Shown here piece by piece: positions 1 through 14,539 of a stretch of DNA of 64,000 nt (position 1 is its first letter; each line of letters starts with the position of its first letter). Below the pieces are notes generated by a model, which was not told where the DNA came from, ran no database searches, and saw only the letters and a list, made by a program, of their open reading frames with translations. The position numbers and the translations under genes were made by a program. This DNA is from Vicugna vicugna (Eukaryota), in the NCBI GenBank assembly GCA_013265495.1, contig MU058423.1, positions 6,672,939 through 6,736,938 of the forward strand, in the 5' to 3' direction.

Positions 1-1040
1 GAAATACTAGCAAACTGCATTCAAGAACACATTAAAATAATTATGCATTGTGATCAAGTGGGATTTACTCCTGGGAAGCAATAATGGTTCAACATACACA
101 CATCAATAAATATAATACTTCACATTAATAAAATGAAAGGTCAATATCGCATAATCATCTCAATAGAATAAAAAAAGCTTTTGACAAAATTCAGTACCCT
201 TTCATGATAAAAATCCTCCACAGATGGAGCATAGAAGGAAAATATCTCAACATAATAAAGACCATATATAACAAACACACAGCTAACATTATACTCAATG
301 GAGAAAATGGAAAGCTTTTCCTCCAAGATCAGGAACCAGGCAAAGGTGTCTACTCCTATTACTCTTATTCGATATAGAAGACCTAGCTAGGGCAATTAGA
401 CAAGACAAAGACATAAAAGGCAAATCCAAGAAGAAGTAAAATTGTAGCTATTTGCAGATAAGAGTTTGTATATTGAAAATCCTAAAGACTCAACCAAAAA
501 CACTATTGGAACTAGTCAACAATTTCAGTAAAGTTGCAAGATACAAAATCAACATACAGAAATCAGTTGTACTTCTACACACTAATGGTGAACCAACTCA
601 AAATGTAAGAAAACTACCCCATTCAATATAGCATTGAAAACAACAAAATATTTAGCAATAATTTTTAACCAAGAAAGTGAAAGATTTGTGCAACAAAAAC
701 TAGAAGACTTTGCTGAAAGAAACTGAAGACACAAACAAATGGAAAAACATCCTGTGTTCATGAGTCAGAAGAATTAATATTGTTAAAATGTCTATACTGT
801 CCAAAGCCATCTACAGATTCAACACATTCCCCATCAAATACCAATAGCATTCTTTACAGAAATAGAAAAAGAAGCCTTAAAATTGGTATGGAATTAAAGC
901 CCCTGAATATACAGTCATCTAATATTCCATAGGAGAGCAAAGAATACCTAGTGGAGAAAGGACAGTCTCTTCAATTGGTGTTGGGATAACTGGGTAAACA
1001 CATGCAAAACAATATAATTGTACCCCAGTGTTACACCCTG
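1..1040 (+). mobile_element. LINE-1 ORF2 (reverse transcriptase region) degenerate fragment
   Basis: Reads ILANCIQEHIKIIMHCDQVGF.., with [12 protein letters not shown] and KVARYKINIQKSV motifs of L1 ORF2, plus stops and frameshifts. Confidence 0.85.
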
Positions 1041-1059
1041 TAGGAGTTCAATAAAGATT

Positions 1060-1400
1060 TATTAAAATTTTTAAAAGACTGCAATATTTCCATCACACCC
1101 CAAAATTCCCTTTGCAGTCAATTCATCTACCTAGACTTGGCCCCTTCACAATCACTCATCAGGTAGCTGTCCTATAGTTTTGTATTTATAAATTTTTTTA
1201 AAAAATGTAATCACATAATATGTGACTTTGAGTCTGGTTTCTTTCACTGAACTTGAAATGTTTAAGTTAAATCCACATTGCCCCATGTATCAGTCATTAG
1301 CATTTTGTGCAGATGTACTACAATATATGAAGAACACGTGGGTTGTTTCCATTTTGGAGGATGATGAATAAAGTCACTATAAATGTTCACATGCAGGATT
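1060..1400 (-). mobile_element. Old LINE-1 3' end (continues at about 8500-10900)
   Basis: Antisense L1 3'UTR-like sequence breaking at ...ATAAATGTTCACATGCAGGATTTT. Confidence 0.6.
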
Positions 1401-1404
1401 TTTG

Positions 1405-4400
1405 TTCAAATTTTTGAATTGTGGCAAACATATATATCAAAATTTACCATCTTAAGTTTTTAAACGTACAGTTCAGTGTTATTAAATATATTCATAGTAT
1501 TGAACAACCATCACCATGATTGATCTCCGTAGCTGTTTTCGTTTTGTAAAACTGAGATTCTGTACCATTTAAACTCCCCATTCCTCCCTCCACTCTGCCC
1601 CTGACAACCACTGTTCTTCTTTATTTATTTATTTTTTTGTTCTTCTTTATGTCTCTGATTTTGACTACTGCAAGTACTTCATATAAATCGAATCATATGG
1701 TATTTGTCTTTTTGTAACTGGCTTGTTTCATTTAGCATGTTTACCTCACAAGGATTATCTTTGTTGGAGTATTTCCTTCCTTTTTAAGGCTGAATAATAT
1801 TCTGTTGTACACATACACATGTTGCTTATCCATTCGTCTGACAATGGATAGTTGTATGTCTTCCACCTTTAGGCTTTTGGGAATATTGCTGCTATGAACA
1901 GGGATGTACCAATATTGCTTTGATATCCTGTTTCAATTCTTTTGGGTATACACCCAGAAGTGGAATTGCTGGATCATATGGTAATTTTATTTAGTTTTTT
2001 TTAAGGAACTATTTTCAATAGCAGCTATACCATTTTACATTCCTACCAGCAGTGCAGAGTTCAGTTTCTCCACATCCTTGCCAACACTAATGAGCGTGAG
2101 GTTGTATCTCATGTAGTTTTGATTTGCATTTACCTTAAAACTAGTGAAACTGAGCATCATTTCATGTGCATATGGCTATCTGCTTTGGAGAAAATCTGTT
2201 TAAATTCTTTGCCCATTTTTTTCAGTTGAGTTGCTGTTTTGTTGTTGTTGTTGTTGAGTTTTAGTAGTTCTCCATGTACTTTGGCTATTAATCTCTTATC
2301 AGATACATGACTTACAAATATTTTCTCCCATTCTGTAGATGAATTTTCCTATTGATAGTATCTCTTGATGTACAAATTTTAAACATTTTCATGAAGTCCT
2401 ATTTGTCAAATTTTAGTTTTGTTACTGTGCCTTTGGTGTCATATCCAAGAAACCATTGCCAAATAAAATGTAGTGAATTTTTTTTATATCTTCTTCTAAG
2501 ATCTTATTGTTTTAATTCTTAAATTTAGGTCTTTGATCCATTTTGAAGAAAATTTTGTACATAGTGTTAGGTAGGTATTCAAATTCATTCTTTTACATGT
2601 AGATACCTGGTTTTTCCAGTAACATTTCTTAAAAAGAATCTTTCCTCATTGAATGGTCTTGGCAACCTTTTCAAAAACCATGACCAATATGTAAATGTTC
2701 ATTTCTGGACTCTATTCTATTTCATTGGCATATATGTCTGTTTTTATGACATTACCACTCTGCTTTGATTACTGTAGATTTGTAGTGGGCTTTTAAATCA
2801 GGAAGTATGAGTACTCCAGTTCTGTTTTTCTTTCAGATTCTTTTTGCTATTTGAGGTCCCTTAAGATTCCATATGAATTTTAAAATGAGATTTTTTATTT
2901 CTCAGGAAAGTCAATGGGATTTTGATTGGGATTTCATTGAATCTGTAGATCACTTTCCATAGTACTGACATTTTAACACCATTAAGTCTTCCAATTTATG
3001 AACATGGGATGTCTTTCATTTATGTCTTCTTTAATTTCTTTCAGCAATATTTTGTAGTTTTCATTGTACAAGTCTTTCACTTCCTTGGTTGAGTTAATTC
3101 CTAAGTATTTTATTATTTTCCATGCTATTCTAAGTGGAATTGTTTTCATAATTTCCTTTTCAGGTTGTTCACTATTAGTCTATTGAAATGCAATGCATTT
3201 TTGTATATTGATTTTGTATCCTGCTACTTTGCTAAATTTATTAATTATAAAGTTTCCATGTGTGTGTCTGTGGAAAGTCTTTAGAGTTTTCTAAATAAGA
3301 TCTTATCTACATCTTAATAGAAAAAAAACAAGTAACTTAAATTAAAAATAGGCAAAAGAACTGAAGAGACTTTTTTCCAAAGAAGACATACAAAAGGGCA
3401 ACAGATACATGAAGTGCTCAACTTCATTAATCATCCAAAAAATGTAAAGCAAAACTACGATGAGATTACCTCACACCTGTTAGAATTGCTATCACCAAAA
3501 ACACAAGAGATAAAAAAATGATAGCTAGAATGTGAAGAAAAGAGAATGCTCGAATACCATATGTGTTTCAAGTGTGAACTGGTAGTCACTATAAAGAATA
3601 GTATGGAAGTTATTAAAAAAAATTTAAATAGATCTACCAGATGGACCACTAATCCCATTTCTGAGTATATATTCAAAGTAAACAAAACCATTATCTAGAA
3701 GAGCTTAAACAAAACCATTATCTAGAAGAGGTGCCTGTACTCCCATGTTCACTGCAGCATTATTCACAATAGCCAAGGTACAGAAAGAATCTAAAGGGTC
3801 ATCAACAGGTCAGTGGATCAAGAAAACATGATATATGTATATATGTATATACACACACACACACATATATACACACACTACACATATATTCCATTGTATG
3901 TGGATGAACTTGGAGGGCATTAATCAAACAGAAAAAGACCAAATACTGCATGGTATCATTGTATCACTTAAACGTGGAATTAAAAAAAAAAAGTAAATAA
4001 GTTGAGCGTATATCCAGAGAATAGAACAGTGGTTGCCAGGTGCTGGGTGGTGGGGGAAATGGAGAAATGTATGTAAAGGGTACAAACTTTCAGTTATAAA
4101 ATGAATAAGGTCTGAGGATCTAATGTATAACATAATGACTATAGTTGGTAACAATGTATTGAATAATTGAAATTTTAAGAGTAGTACTTAAATTTTCTCA
4201 CCAAAAAAAAAAGTAGTATGATGGATATGTTAATTAATCAATGGAGAAATTCCTTTAACAGTGAATGCAGATACCAAATGACCATGCTGTACACTTTAAA
4301 TTATCTTAGAGTTTTATTTGTCAATTTTACTTCAATAAAGCTGAAAAAATAGTATCATTTGTGAACAGAAACAATATTACTTCTTCCCTTTCAGTTTGAA

Positions 4401-7400
4401 TGATTTTTATATTTTTCTTGCCTGACTGTTCTGGCTAGAACATCCAGCACTAAGTTGAACAGAATTGGTGAAAGTGGGCATCGTTGACTTGTTTCTGATA
4501 TTAGAGGAGATGCTTTCAGTCTTTCAGTATGGAGCATGATGTTCACTGTGGGGTTTTGTATATGAATTTTATCATACTGAGGTAGTTTCCTTCTGTTCCT
4601 AGTTTGTTGCATATTTTTCTCACAAAAGGATGCTGAATTTTGTCAAATGCTTTTCTGTATCCATTCTGGATCCATTAGCAGTTTCTGTTCTTCATTCTGT
4701 TAGATTTGATAGATTATCATGTTAAACCATCCTTGCATTTCAGTAATGGATCACTTGTAGTCATAATGTATAATCCTTTTAATATGTTGCTGAATTTGGT
4801 TTGCTGGCATTTTGTTGAGATGTTTTAAATCAGTATTCATAAGGGATATTGGTCTGTAGTTTTCTTTTCTTGTAATGTCTTTGGTTTTGATAGCAGTGTA
4901 ATGTTGGCCTCAGTCCTGAAGTTTTCCTTCCTCTTCAAATTTGTGAAAGTTTAATAAGAATTGGTGTTAAGTCTTCCTTAAATGTTTTCTAGAAATTAAT
5001 AGTGAAGCCATCGGGTTCAGGGCTTATCTGTGTTGGGAGATTTCTGATCACTGATTCAATCTCCCTACTAGTTATAGGTCTATTCAAATTTCTATTCTTT
5101 GTAGTTTAGTCTTAGTACATTTGTTTCTAGAAATTTGTCCATTTCATCTAGTAATCTAATTTGCTGTAGAGTACTCTCTTATAATTCTTTTTATTTCTGT
5201 AAAATCTGTAAAGTCCTCGCATCCATTTCTGATCTTTTCAGAAGTCTTTTCTTCTTCGTTCATGTAGCTATAGATTCACCAATTTTTGTTGGGGTTTTTT
5301 TTTTTTTTTTGAGCAATCAACTTTTGGTTTAATTGAATTTCCTTTATTATTTTTAAATTCTCTATTTCATTTATATCTACTCTAAGCTTTATTATGTCCT
5401 TCCTCCGCTAGTTTTGGGTTTAGTTTGCTCCTCTTTTTCTAGTTCTTTAAGTTGTAAAGCTAGCTTGTTGATCTGAAATCTTTGTTTTTTAATGTTAGCA
5501 ACTGTAACTATAAATTCTTCCCTCAGCACCACTTTGATGGATTCCATAGGTTTCACATGTTGTTTTTGGTTTTATTTCTAACCATTTTCTAATTTCCCAT
5601 ATGATTTCTTCTCTGACTCAATGGCTGTTCAAGACTATGTTATTTAATTTCAACATTGTTGTTAATTTTCCAGTTTTCCTTCTGTTATTGATTTCTAACT
5701 TAATCCCATTGTGGCTAGAGAAGATGCTTTGTATACCTCTTTTTGAAAAAATCTATTGAAATTTGTGGCCTGACACATGGCATACTCCAGAAAATATTTC
5801 ACATACACTTGAGATAAATATGTATGTTATTATTGGTTAGAGTATTCTACATGTCTGTTAGATCCAGTTGGTTACTGTGTTAAAGTCCTCTATTTCCTTA
5901 CTTCTGTTTGATTGTACTATTATCATGATTACAGCCCCGGAGTTTCCAAATATTACTGTAGAATTGTCCATGTCTTCCTTCAACTCTGTCAGTTTTTGCT
6001 TCATATATTTTGATGGTCTGTCAGTAGGTGTGCAAATGTTTATAATTGTTACATGATTTTGCTCTATTGAAACTTTTCTTAATATATGTCTTTCTTTGTC
6101 TCTTATAAACTTTTTTGACTTAAAAGTCTATTTTGTTTGATATTAGTATAGCCACCCCTGCTCTCTTTTGGTTACTATTTGCATTGACTACCCTTTTCAA
6201 TACTTTCACTTTCCATCTATTTTGTCTTTGATCAAATGTCTTTTGTAGACAGTAGATGGTTAGATGAAGTATTGTAATCCATTCTCCCTATCTTAGTGTT
6301 TAGATTGGAGAGCTTAATTCATTTATACTTAATTACTGAAAAGGAGACTGATTTCTGTCATTTTGCTTGTTTTCTATATGCCTTAAAGCTTTTTGTTGTT
6401 GTTTTGTTTTTCTTTTATGTTTGGTTCACTTTTTGTAATAAAATATTTAACTTACTTTCTCATTTCCGTTTGTGTATATTATGTAGTTCTTTTCCTTGTG
6501 GTTACCATAGAGTTTACATTTAACATCCTTAATTATAACATTCTTATTTAAGTTTATATTAATTTCAGTAACATACAAAAACTGCCTTTACAGTTATGTC
6601 TCCAGTCCTTTTGGTTTTTAAAGTCCTCAAAATTACATTTTTTTGTGTCCCTAAACATAATTTTAAACCATTAGTCCCTTCAATTATGTAGAAAACATGT
6701 GGAGTTACAGACCAGTTAAAATACTACTAGCTTATAGACTAACAGTCATCTGTTGTTAAACCATGTAGATAACAAGTATGTAACATACCGCTGTTACAAT
6801 ACTAGCTTTTAAAATTGTTCATGTATTTCCCTTTATTGAAATCTGCATTTCTCCATACGACTTTGAATTATTGTCTAGTTTCCTCTCATTTGACCCTGGA
6901 ACAGTCCTTTGAGCATTTCTTGTAGGGTAGGTCTAGTGGTGACAAACTGAGCTTTGTTTATTTGGGAATGTCAATTTCTCCTTCACTTTTGAAAAGATGG
7001 CTTTCCCAGATACAGTATTCCAGGTTGAATTTGTATATATCAGTCTACTCCCTCTGGCCTTCCAAGTTTCTGATGAGAAATCTACTGATACTCTTATTGA
7101 GAAGCCCTTGTATGTGATAGTTCACTCCTGCCTTTTGTAAGTTTTATATCTTGATGTGGCTCTTTTGAGTCTATCTGCTTGGAATTCATTGAACTTCTTG
7201 GATATTAATATTTACAACTTTCATCAGATTCAGGAAGTTTTCAGCCACTATTTCTTCAAATATTCACTCTTTCCCTCTCCTCAGTATCCCATGGTATGTA
7301 GGTTGGTTTGCTTGATGGTTTTCCATAAGATTCTTAGGCTATGTTCACTTTTCCTTAATCTTTTTTGTCAGTTCCTCAGACTTGATCATTTCCATTGTCC

Positions 7401-8500
7401 TATTTTCTTTGCCCTAAGTTCACTGATTCTTTATTCCATATACTCAAATCTTCCTTGGAACCCCTCTAGTGAATTTTTCATTTCAATTACTGTACTTTTC
7501 AGCTCCAGAAATTTTTGGTTTCTTTTCAGATTTGCTACCTATCAATACTTACATTTTATCCATACAGTTTTCCTTTCGCTTCCTCCACATTTCTCCACAT
7601 ATTGTTAGTTCCTCAAACATATTTAGAACAGTTATTTTAAAGTTTTTGTGTAGTATGTCTGCCATTAGGTCTTCTTCAAGGATAAATTTGTTTTTCTGAA
7701 TTAGTCATATACTTTCCTGTCCCTTTGTACGCTTTGTAATTTTTGTTGTTGTTGAAAAGTGGACATTTGAATTTAACAATACGGTAACTCTGAAATTCAG
7801 ATTCTCCCCCTTCCACGGAATTTACTGGTTTTCTTTTTTAATTGTTTTTTTTTTTTTGGATTGCTGTATGTCATTTCTGTGCCAAGGATCAGCCTCAGTG
7901 TGAAATCTAAGGTCTTCTCAGATTTTTGCACCTTTCCCTGGGATTAGAGGTCAATTTCTAATTTTCCCCATATGTGCAGTTGTTTTTCAATGTCCTAGTT
8001 TTTAAGCATGTCTAGCTCCCAAAAGGGGAAAAAGAAAAATTAAGAGGGAGGGAAAAATGGAGCTACTGCCCTATTATTCCACTAGAAGTCACTTAACCAG
8101 TGGTTTGGAGGGATGGCTTACAAAAATGAGAGGTACAACACCCTTGGCTGCCAACCTCTTTGCACTTCTGTGATAAAAAGCAGCAATTAATGATTACAGC
8201 ATAGATCTAGAGCTTATGGTCCTTTTTGCCTGTCTCCCCCCAACTATGTGTAAGCTGCTCTAGGATACATACATGGCTGCCTGCCACATGGTTGGGGTTG
8301 GGTAGCTGCTACTACACTGAGATGAAACAGCCCTAAATCAACTACAATTTATTATCCAAGACTTCCCCTGGAAGTTGCAAGCCTTTTGGACACCAGAGTT
8401 CCAAAACAGTGGTATCCGACAGAATCTGCCAGTGCAACTGTCTACTGGTAAGGAGATGGATTCCTGGTACTTCCTACTCCATCATCTTGCCAGAATTCTC
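1405..8500 (-). mobile_element. Large, near full-length degenerate LINE-1 (interrupted at about 3310-4350)
   Basis: Antisense 3'UTR, ORF2 remnants (ORF-track 4391..4612 resembles L1 RT region), ORF1/5' region towards about 8500. Confidence 0.8.
3310..4350 (+). mobile_element. LINE-1 3' end inserted in sense orientation into the older L1
   Basis: ORF2 C-terminal motifs (…CTACGATGAGATTACCTCACACCTGTTAGAAT…), 3'UTR, ends AATAAAGCTGAAAAAA; host L1 resumes at about 4351. Confidence 0.8.
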
Positions 8501-10900
8501 TTATGTATAGATTTTCATGTGGACATAGTTTTTGTTGTTGTTGTTGTTGGTCTTAGATAAATACTTATGTGTAATGGGTAGGTCACACATAAGTGTATGT
8601 TTTTAACAAACTTCTCAAAACTGTTTTGCAAAGCAGGTGTACCATTTTGTACTTTCCCTATCGATGAGAGCTGTACTTGCTCCACATTCTTGACAATTTT
8701 TATTAGGATTTATCTTAAGCCATTCCAATAGATGTGTGGTGCCATCTTATTGCGGCTGTATTTAGCATTTGTCTAATGGCTGGTGATGTTGAGCAACATT
8801 TCATGAGTTTGCCATCTGTAAATCTTTGGCGAAGTGTCTTCAGATTTATTGTTCATTTCTGGGTTTTCTGTTCTGATTTGTTTTCTCGAGTTTTTAAGTT
8901 TTTTATGTATTCTGGATATACTTTTTCAAATATATGCTTTCCAAAAGCTTTTCCCAGTCTGTGGCTTGCCTTTTCATTTTTATTCGTGTCTTTTGAATGC
9001 AGGATTTTTATTTGGTGAAGTCCAATTTATTTTTTAATGGATCAAACTTTTGGTTTTGTATATGAGAACTTGTGTAAGTAAGGTAATACATATTTTCCTA
9101 TAATTTTTATAGTTTTATATTTTACATTTGGATCTATAATTTATGTTGATTAAGTTTTTGTGTGAGAGAAATATTTTGAGGTTCTGTTTTAGGGGAGTAG
9201 GGGTATACAGGTGTCCTATTATCCTAGCCTCTTATATTAAATGACTATCCTTTTTCTACCGAATTGCCTTATTTTTGTCCAAAGTTAATTTACCATACAT
9301 GTGTGGGTCTATTTCTGGATTTTTCTCTTCCAGTGATCTACATATGTATTCTTCTACCAAATACCAAGCTGTGTTATTCATTCTAGCTTTATAATGTCAT
9401 AGAATTATGTAATCAAAGTCATGTAATGTTTTGATTTTCAAAGTTGTGCTGGCTTCACTAGTTCTGTTCCTTTTTCCATCAACTTGGCAATATTAACAAT
9501 ATCCTGTTAGAATTAATTTGAAATAAATCTATTTAGAAAGAGGTGACATAAAAATCATCTTCTGAAACATGCACTCAGTATTTCTCTAATTAGGCCTTCA
9601 GTTTTTATTTGGTGGATCTTCAGCATACAAGTCTAGTACACATTTTGGTAAATTCATACCTAATTATTCAGATCTGTTGCTATTGTAAATGGTAACTGTA
9701 GAAAAAAAATTCAATGTCTAGTTGCTCATTACTAGTTTATAGAAGTACAACTGATTTCTACATACTTACTTTTAATCTTACAACCTTGTTTACCTCACTT
9801 AGTTGTAGGAGCCTTTTAATTCTTTAGGATTTTCTACATAATCACCTTATCTCTGAATAGGAAGTTTTATTTCTTAATTTCCAATCTGTATAGCTTTTTT
9901 TCTTTTTCACTTTATGCACTGGCTGTCAGTGAGATGTTGAATAGGAGCAGCGAGTGTGCATTTCCATGCCTTGTTTTCCCTTTTCTTAGGGGAAAAACAT
10001 TTGGCCTTTAACCATTAAGTATTAGGGTAGCTAGAGGTTTTGCACTCACTTTTAGCTTAAGGAAGCTCTTTTCTATTCCCAGCTTACTGAGTATTAAGAA
10101 TGGATGTTTAATTTTGTCAAATGCTTTTCTTTCATTTATTATGATCATATGCTTTTTCTTATTTAGTCTGTTGATAAGGTGAACTACATTTATTGATTTA
10201 AGTTTCAATAAACAACATTTCCCAAGATAAACTTCACTTGATCATGATTTATAATTCTTTTTACATATTGCTTGATTCAACTTACTAATATTTTATTGAG
10301 AATTTCTGTATCTATATGCATGAGAAATAGCAGTATGTAGTTTTCTTATACCTTATCTTATTTTACTATATGGACAGACGTCTGAAAGGAATCGATCTTC
10401 TTATGATGTTGGGGAGGGGTCTTTTCTTTGGAATTAGGCAAGAACTTTTTCAACTGTATTGATGTTATCAGGAACTAGTTCTGCTTCCAATGATATTTTC
10501 TGTTTTCTGTTTACAAGCTCATTGATTTATGTTTCATTTTATTATTTCCTTGTTCTTCTTGCTTTGTGTTTAATTTATTCTTCTTAGTTTCTAGTTCCTT
10601 AAGGTAGAAGATTAAATCTGTTATTTTTCTTCTTTTCTAGTGTATGCAAATTCTCTTTAAACACTTCAGCTGGTTGTATACTCCAAATGTTGATTTTGTA
10701 TTTTCATTCAAGTATTTTCTAATTTCTCTTAAAATTTTGTTTTGATCTATATATAATTTAGAAGTGTGTTCTAGGAACTCAGATATTTTTCAGATATTTC
10801 TGTTACCAGTAACTGGTTTAATCCAGCTAAGATCAGAGAATATACACTGCATGATTTGTGAAAGTTTTGAACTTGTAAATGTTTCATGATACAATCACAT
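8500..10900 (-). mobile_element. Old LINE-1 ORF2 remnant
   Basis: ORF-track 10008..10208 (KSINVVHLINRL..KAFDKIKHPFL) is L1 ORF2-like. Confidence 0.75.
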
Positions 10901-11251
10901 GTCTTCCAAATGATTCAGTTATTTAGTTCTTGGGATGGGGTAGGAAGAAAAATCTTCTTTTTATACATAAGGACAGATACACACACAGTTCAAAAAAATA
11001 CATAACAGCATATTGTGGTATTAAAATTTCATGAGCAATGATTAGGAAAATAAGCGTCTAAAAATTCTCCTGGTAGGGAAGAAGGCAAAAAATGGCTAAG
11101 AAACACTGGACTAGAGATGTTTCATTATTTTATTTTTCATTTAAGATGTGGTATATTTGTCATATTATACAGAAAAAAGGGTAAAAAAAAAAATAACAGA
11201 CCCAATATCCCAAGACCCAGATTTAACAGACGTCAAAATTTAGCCAAAATA

Positions 11252-11273
11252 GGGGGGAGGGTATAGCTCAGTG
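11252..11273 (+). mobile_element. 5' head only of a Vic-1-like tRNA-derived SINE
   Basis: GGGGGGAGGGTATAGCTCAGTG closely matches the heads of the copies at 22731 and 44849; body and tail are absent. Confidence 0.6.
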
Positions 11274-12358
11274 ACTCAAGAGTCTTAATCTCTTAACATT
11301 GATTTTGAAGCAATCTCATTTGCATAGCAAATACTTTCCAAATCATCTAAAACAGTAACTTGAATGCTACTGCTTTTTGTTTGGTTTACCTCATCTTGAT
11401 CATGCTGATTCTGTTCATGTTATTAATACAGCAGGAGGCAGTGCCATGACTAGGGTAGGTTGCAGGGTGAGGTGTACACTCTGAAAGCGTATGCCTCCTT
11501 AAATTTTACACCCTAGGAGCCTCCTTCGCTTTATAGTAGTCCCAGACTCTGTAAAAGGCATAAATGGAAAACCACACATGGCAACATGAATTTTATATAC
11601 TGTATACTGCAGTAAAACATTTGCTTTTGGCTACCTAAATTTTTCTTTGATTTCACAATGTTATGCTTTTCCTTTACAGTACAAGCCCATTCTGAACTCT
11701 CATTTCATGTGGTTTATATGAAACTTTACTTCTTGCCTCAGAGGTGACATATTTGACCCACACTTGGCCAGAGCAAGCAGAATCCCTCCAGCAAAAGGCA
11801 AAAGAAAAAGGTACCTATTGTTTAAAGTAACTGAAAAATTCAATGTCTAGCTATTAGGGTTTCTGCTATGGGATCAAATTACAAGTACTTACTTCTCCAT
11901 CTCCACAATTATTATTCTTTTAAACTCATGGATAATGGCAAAAAGCTATCACCAGGATAATTGTCAGGATAATGGTTAATGGCTCCAGGGAGAGCTCTAT
12001 GGGATCAGGTGGGGGGCATTTCTGTACAAGCCGTAGAAATCCTTCTAACTGTACTTGTCTGGGTCATATGCTCAGTTTATGAAGTAGTCATGGGGTTTGA
12101 ATGTGCCTTATCCATAAAGAGGTTAATTACTTGACACCAAAGAAACAACTAAACTTGTTAAATAGTCTCATGTTCCCTATGTGTGTCAAGGAAGCATCTG
12201 GGTATCTCAGTGATAATCAACGTGGAAAGATGACTGAAGTTTTACCTAACCTCAGAACTTTTACATCACTTGGAATTGGGGTGAGTTGAGAAGCACCACA
12301 ACCACTACCATGAGAGCTTAAGTTTACTGAAAACTTGACACACTCTCTCTCTCCCTCT

Positions 12359-12362
<4 letters not shown>

Positions 12363-12406
<44 letters not shown>
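12363..12406. repeat. (AC)n microsatellite, about 22 units
   Basis: Directly visible. Confidence 0.95.
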
Positions 12407-12408
<2 letters not shown>

Positions 12409-14539
12409 CCAGACTTGTGTTAAGTATTTTATATTTATCTAATCACCTTTATAACTTTCCAGGGAAACTAATAAAAAGGTAGAGAACTTACCCAAAGTCA
12501 TAAAGCAATTAAGCTATAGACATAAGATTTTAATTTAAAACCTATACCTACAAAACCACTGTAACACATTATTTCTCAGTAAACTAACTGAATTTGTCAC
12601 TGTGGCAGGATGAGGACTGCAGAGCTTTTTTTTTTTTTTTTTTTAATTCTTATTTTGCATACCTGACAGATTTACACACTCTGGGGAATAATTTTATTTA
12701 GCTTTTGGCTCACTACTTCTGCCATAATTCTCGACAGTTTCAAAATCCACTTAGATGATCCTTTCAATATCTGAGTTTCCCTGTTTCTTGAATTCATCTC
12801 TTTCTATGACTTTGCTTTCACTCAATTACCATGTTCACAACTTAGTCCACTAATTACTCCAGTATTATCAATTTCAGTCCCTTACTCTTATTTTAACCTT
12901 CCAAATTTCTAGTTTCTACATCTAGTAAACAACTACAACACACATTCAACCATACTGAAATCTCAATGGATCATACCATTTCCTCACTGTGCCTCAACTC
13001 CTTCATTTTCCCACTTTGCTCTTTACCAGATTACTTTCCATGTCCCTCCTTTATAATCATGTCCTTGATTATATCACCTTTTTTGTTCTCTTTGTTGTAT
13101 CTGCCTGGGAAAATTTCAACTTTGGTTAAATTTGACTCTGTGCCTATAAAATTACAGCACCAAGGCTAAATATAACTTGAGAAAAAAACATAAAACCATG
13201 TTGACTGGTCTCTCTAAAATTAACAACTGTGGACCTCAAGTAGGCACTTTAAGTACTATCAAACAATTTCTAAGAGTCTATTCATTCTCTCACTTTCCTA
13301 AGTATTTATTTTACATCTTTTCTTTCCTCAATCCAATACATTTTTTCCCAACACTTCTTCCCTCTTCAAGTCCTTGTTTCCTACTTCACTGAGAAAATAT
13401 AAAGCTTTTATATGCTCCTTTTATATAAACCAAATTACAAATATCTAGACCTACATAATCTGTCCTTCTTTTCATTGCTATTAACGAGCTGTTTACACAT
13501 CTATCTTAAAAACCAACCCTTCTACTTGTACATCACATCTATGGCTCCAGCAATATTCCTCTCTTGTTGTGTTTTATTTCGTTTTGTTTTGTTCTCTACT
13601 AGATTAGTCCAATTAATATACAAACCTGCTATATCTTCAATCTTTATAAAACAAAATAAAAACAAAAACCTTCTTGATATTATATCCCCTTATTTTAATA
13701 ACCCATTTCACTATTCCCTGAGAGACCAAGACTCCTTAACAGTGTTGTCTTCAGAACTCATCTTTCTTGCATCATCAACAGATCTGACATATTTAATCAC
13801 CCCTTCCAGAGTCTTTCTTCATTTGGTTCTACCTATTCCTCATCATTCTTCTTTAATGTTTTCTTACCACTTGATAGCTAAGCATTAGCATGTTTCAGGG
13901 TATTTCTCAATTCTTCTAATGCCCATCTTTAAAATTTTAATCTACCTTATTTTCACAAAGCTATGAGTAAAGGGGAAGAAGCTGTGATTCACAACGTCAT
14001 TTCAAGAAGACCTAAGTGACTCTAAAGTAAAACTGTTACTATATACCCACAGGGAAATGTCGATCAGAACAAATTAAATAAAACATATCAAAGTTTTCCT
14101 ACTTACATATAGCTGAAATTAATTTCACTAAGGAAGCAGAATAATTTTATGTGGGAAACATACCACTGAATGACATTCTGACAGACTGGCAGGCACAAAT
14201 ACTGAAGACTGAGTTAGGGCAAGGATACAAATTTCCTAACCTGCGAAAAATTCCCCACTACTAAAAAAAACCAAATTTATCAACAGCAACAAAACAATCA
14301 TCAAAATTCATAGCCAAACAAAGTCACTCCTAAAATAATTAGCAGAAATAAGATTACTATTAAAAAAAGAAAAGTATGTTAAATAAGTGACCGCATCAGT
14401 AGTATCCATGTAAGAATGAAAAAAGCAGTATTTGTAATCATAAAAGGAAAATTTATATTTAGTGTTATAAAATTACCTTTATAAGAAATTTTATGTAATT
14501 ATTAAATTATACTTTCCTTGATTTATGAAACATAAAGAA

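Noticed and set aside
7156..7608. 150-aa hydrophobic ORF
   Set aside because: Antisense of an L1; T-rich composition gives spurious F/L-rich frames.
13412..13888. 158-aa ORF
   Set aside because: Lies in L2-like pyrimidine-rich sequence, with no recognisable domain or splice support.
14221..14228. Isolated GTATCCTT on minus strand past the poly(A) signals
   Set aside because: A single 8-mer is expected by chance about once in a window this size; no partner motif or branch site.
1..14500. Amylase (AMY2) exons expected by synteny
   Set aside because: No amylase-like coding sequence found; the region is almost all L1/L2.
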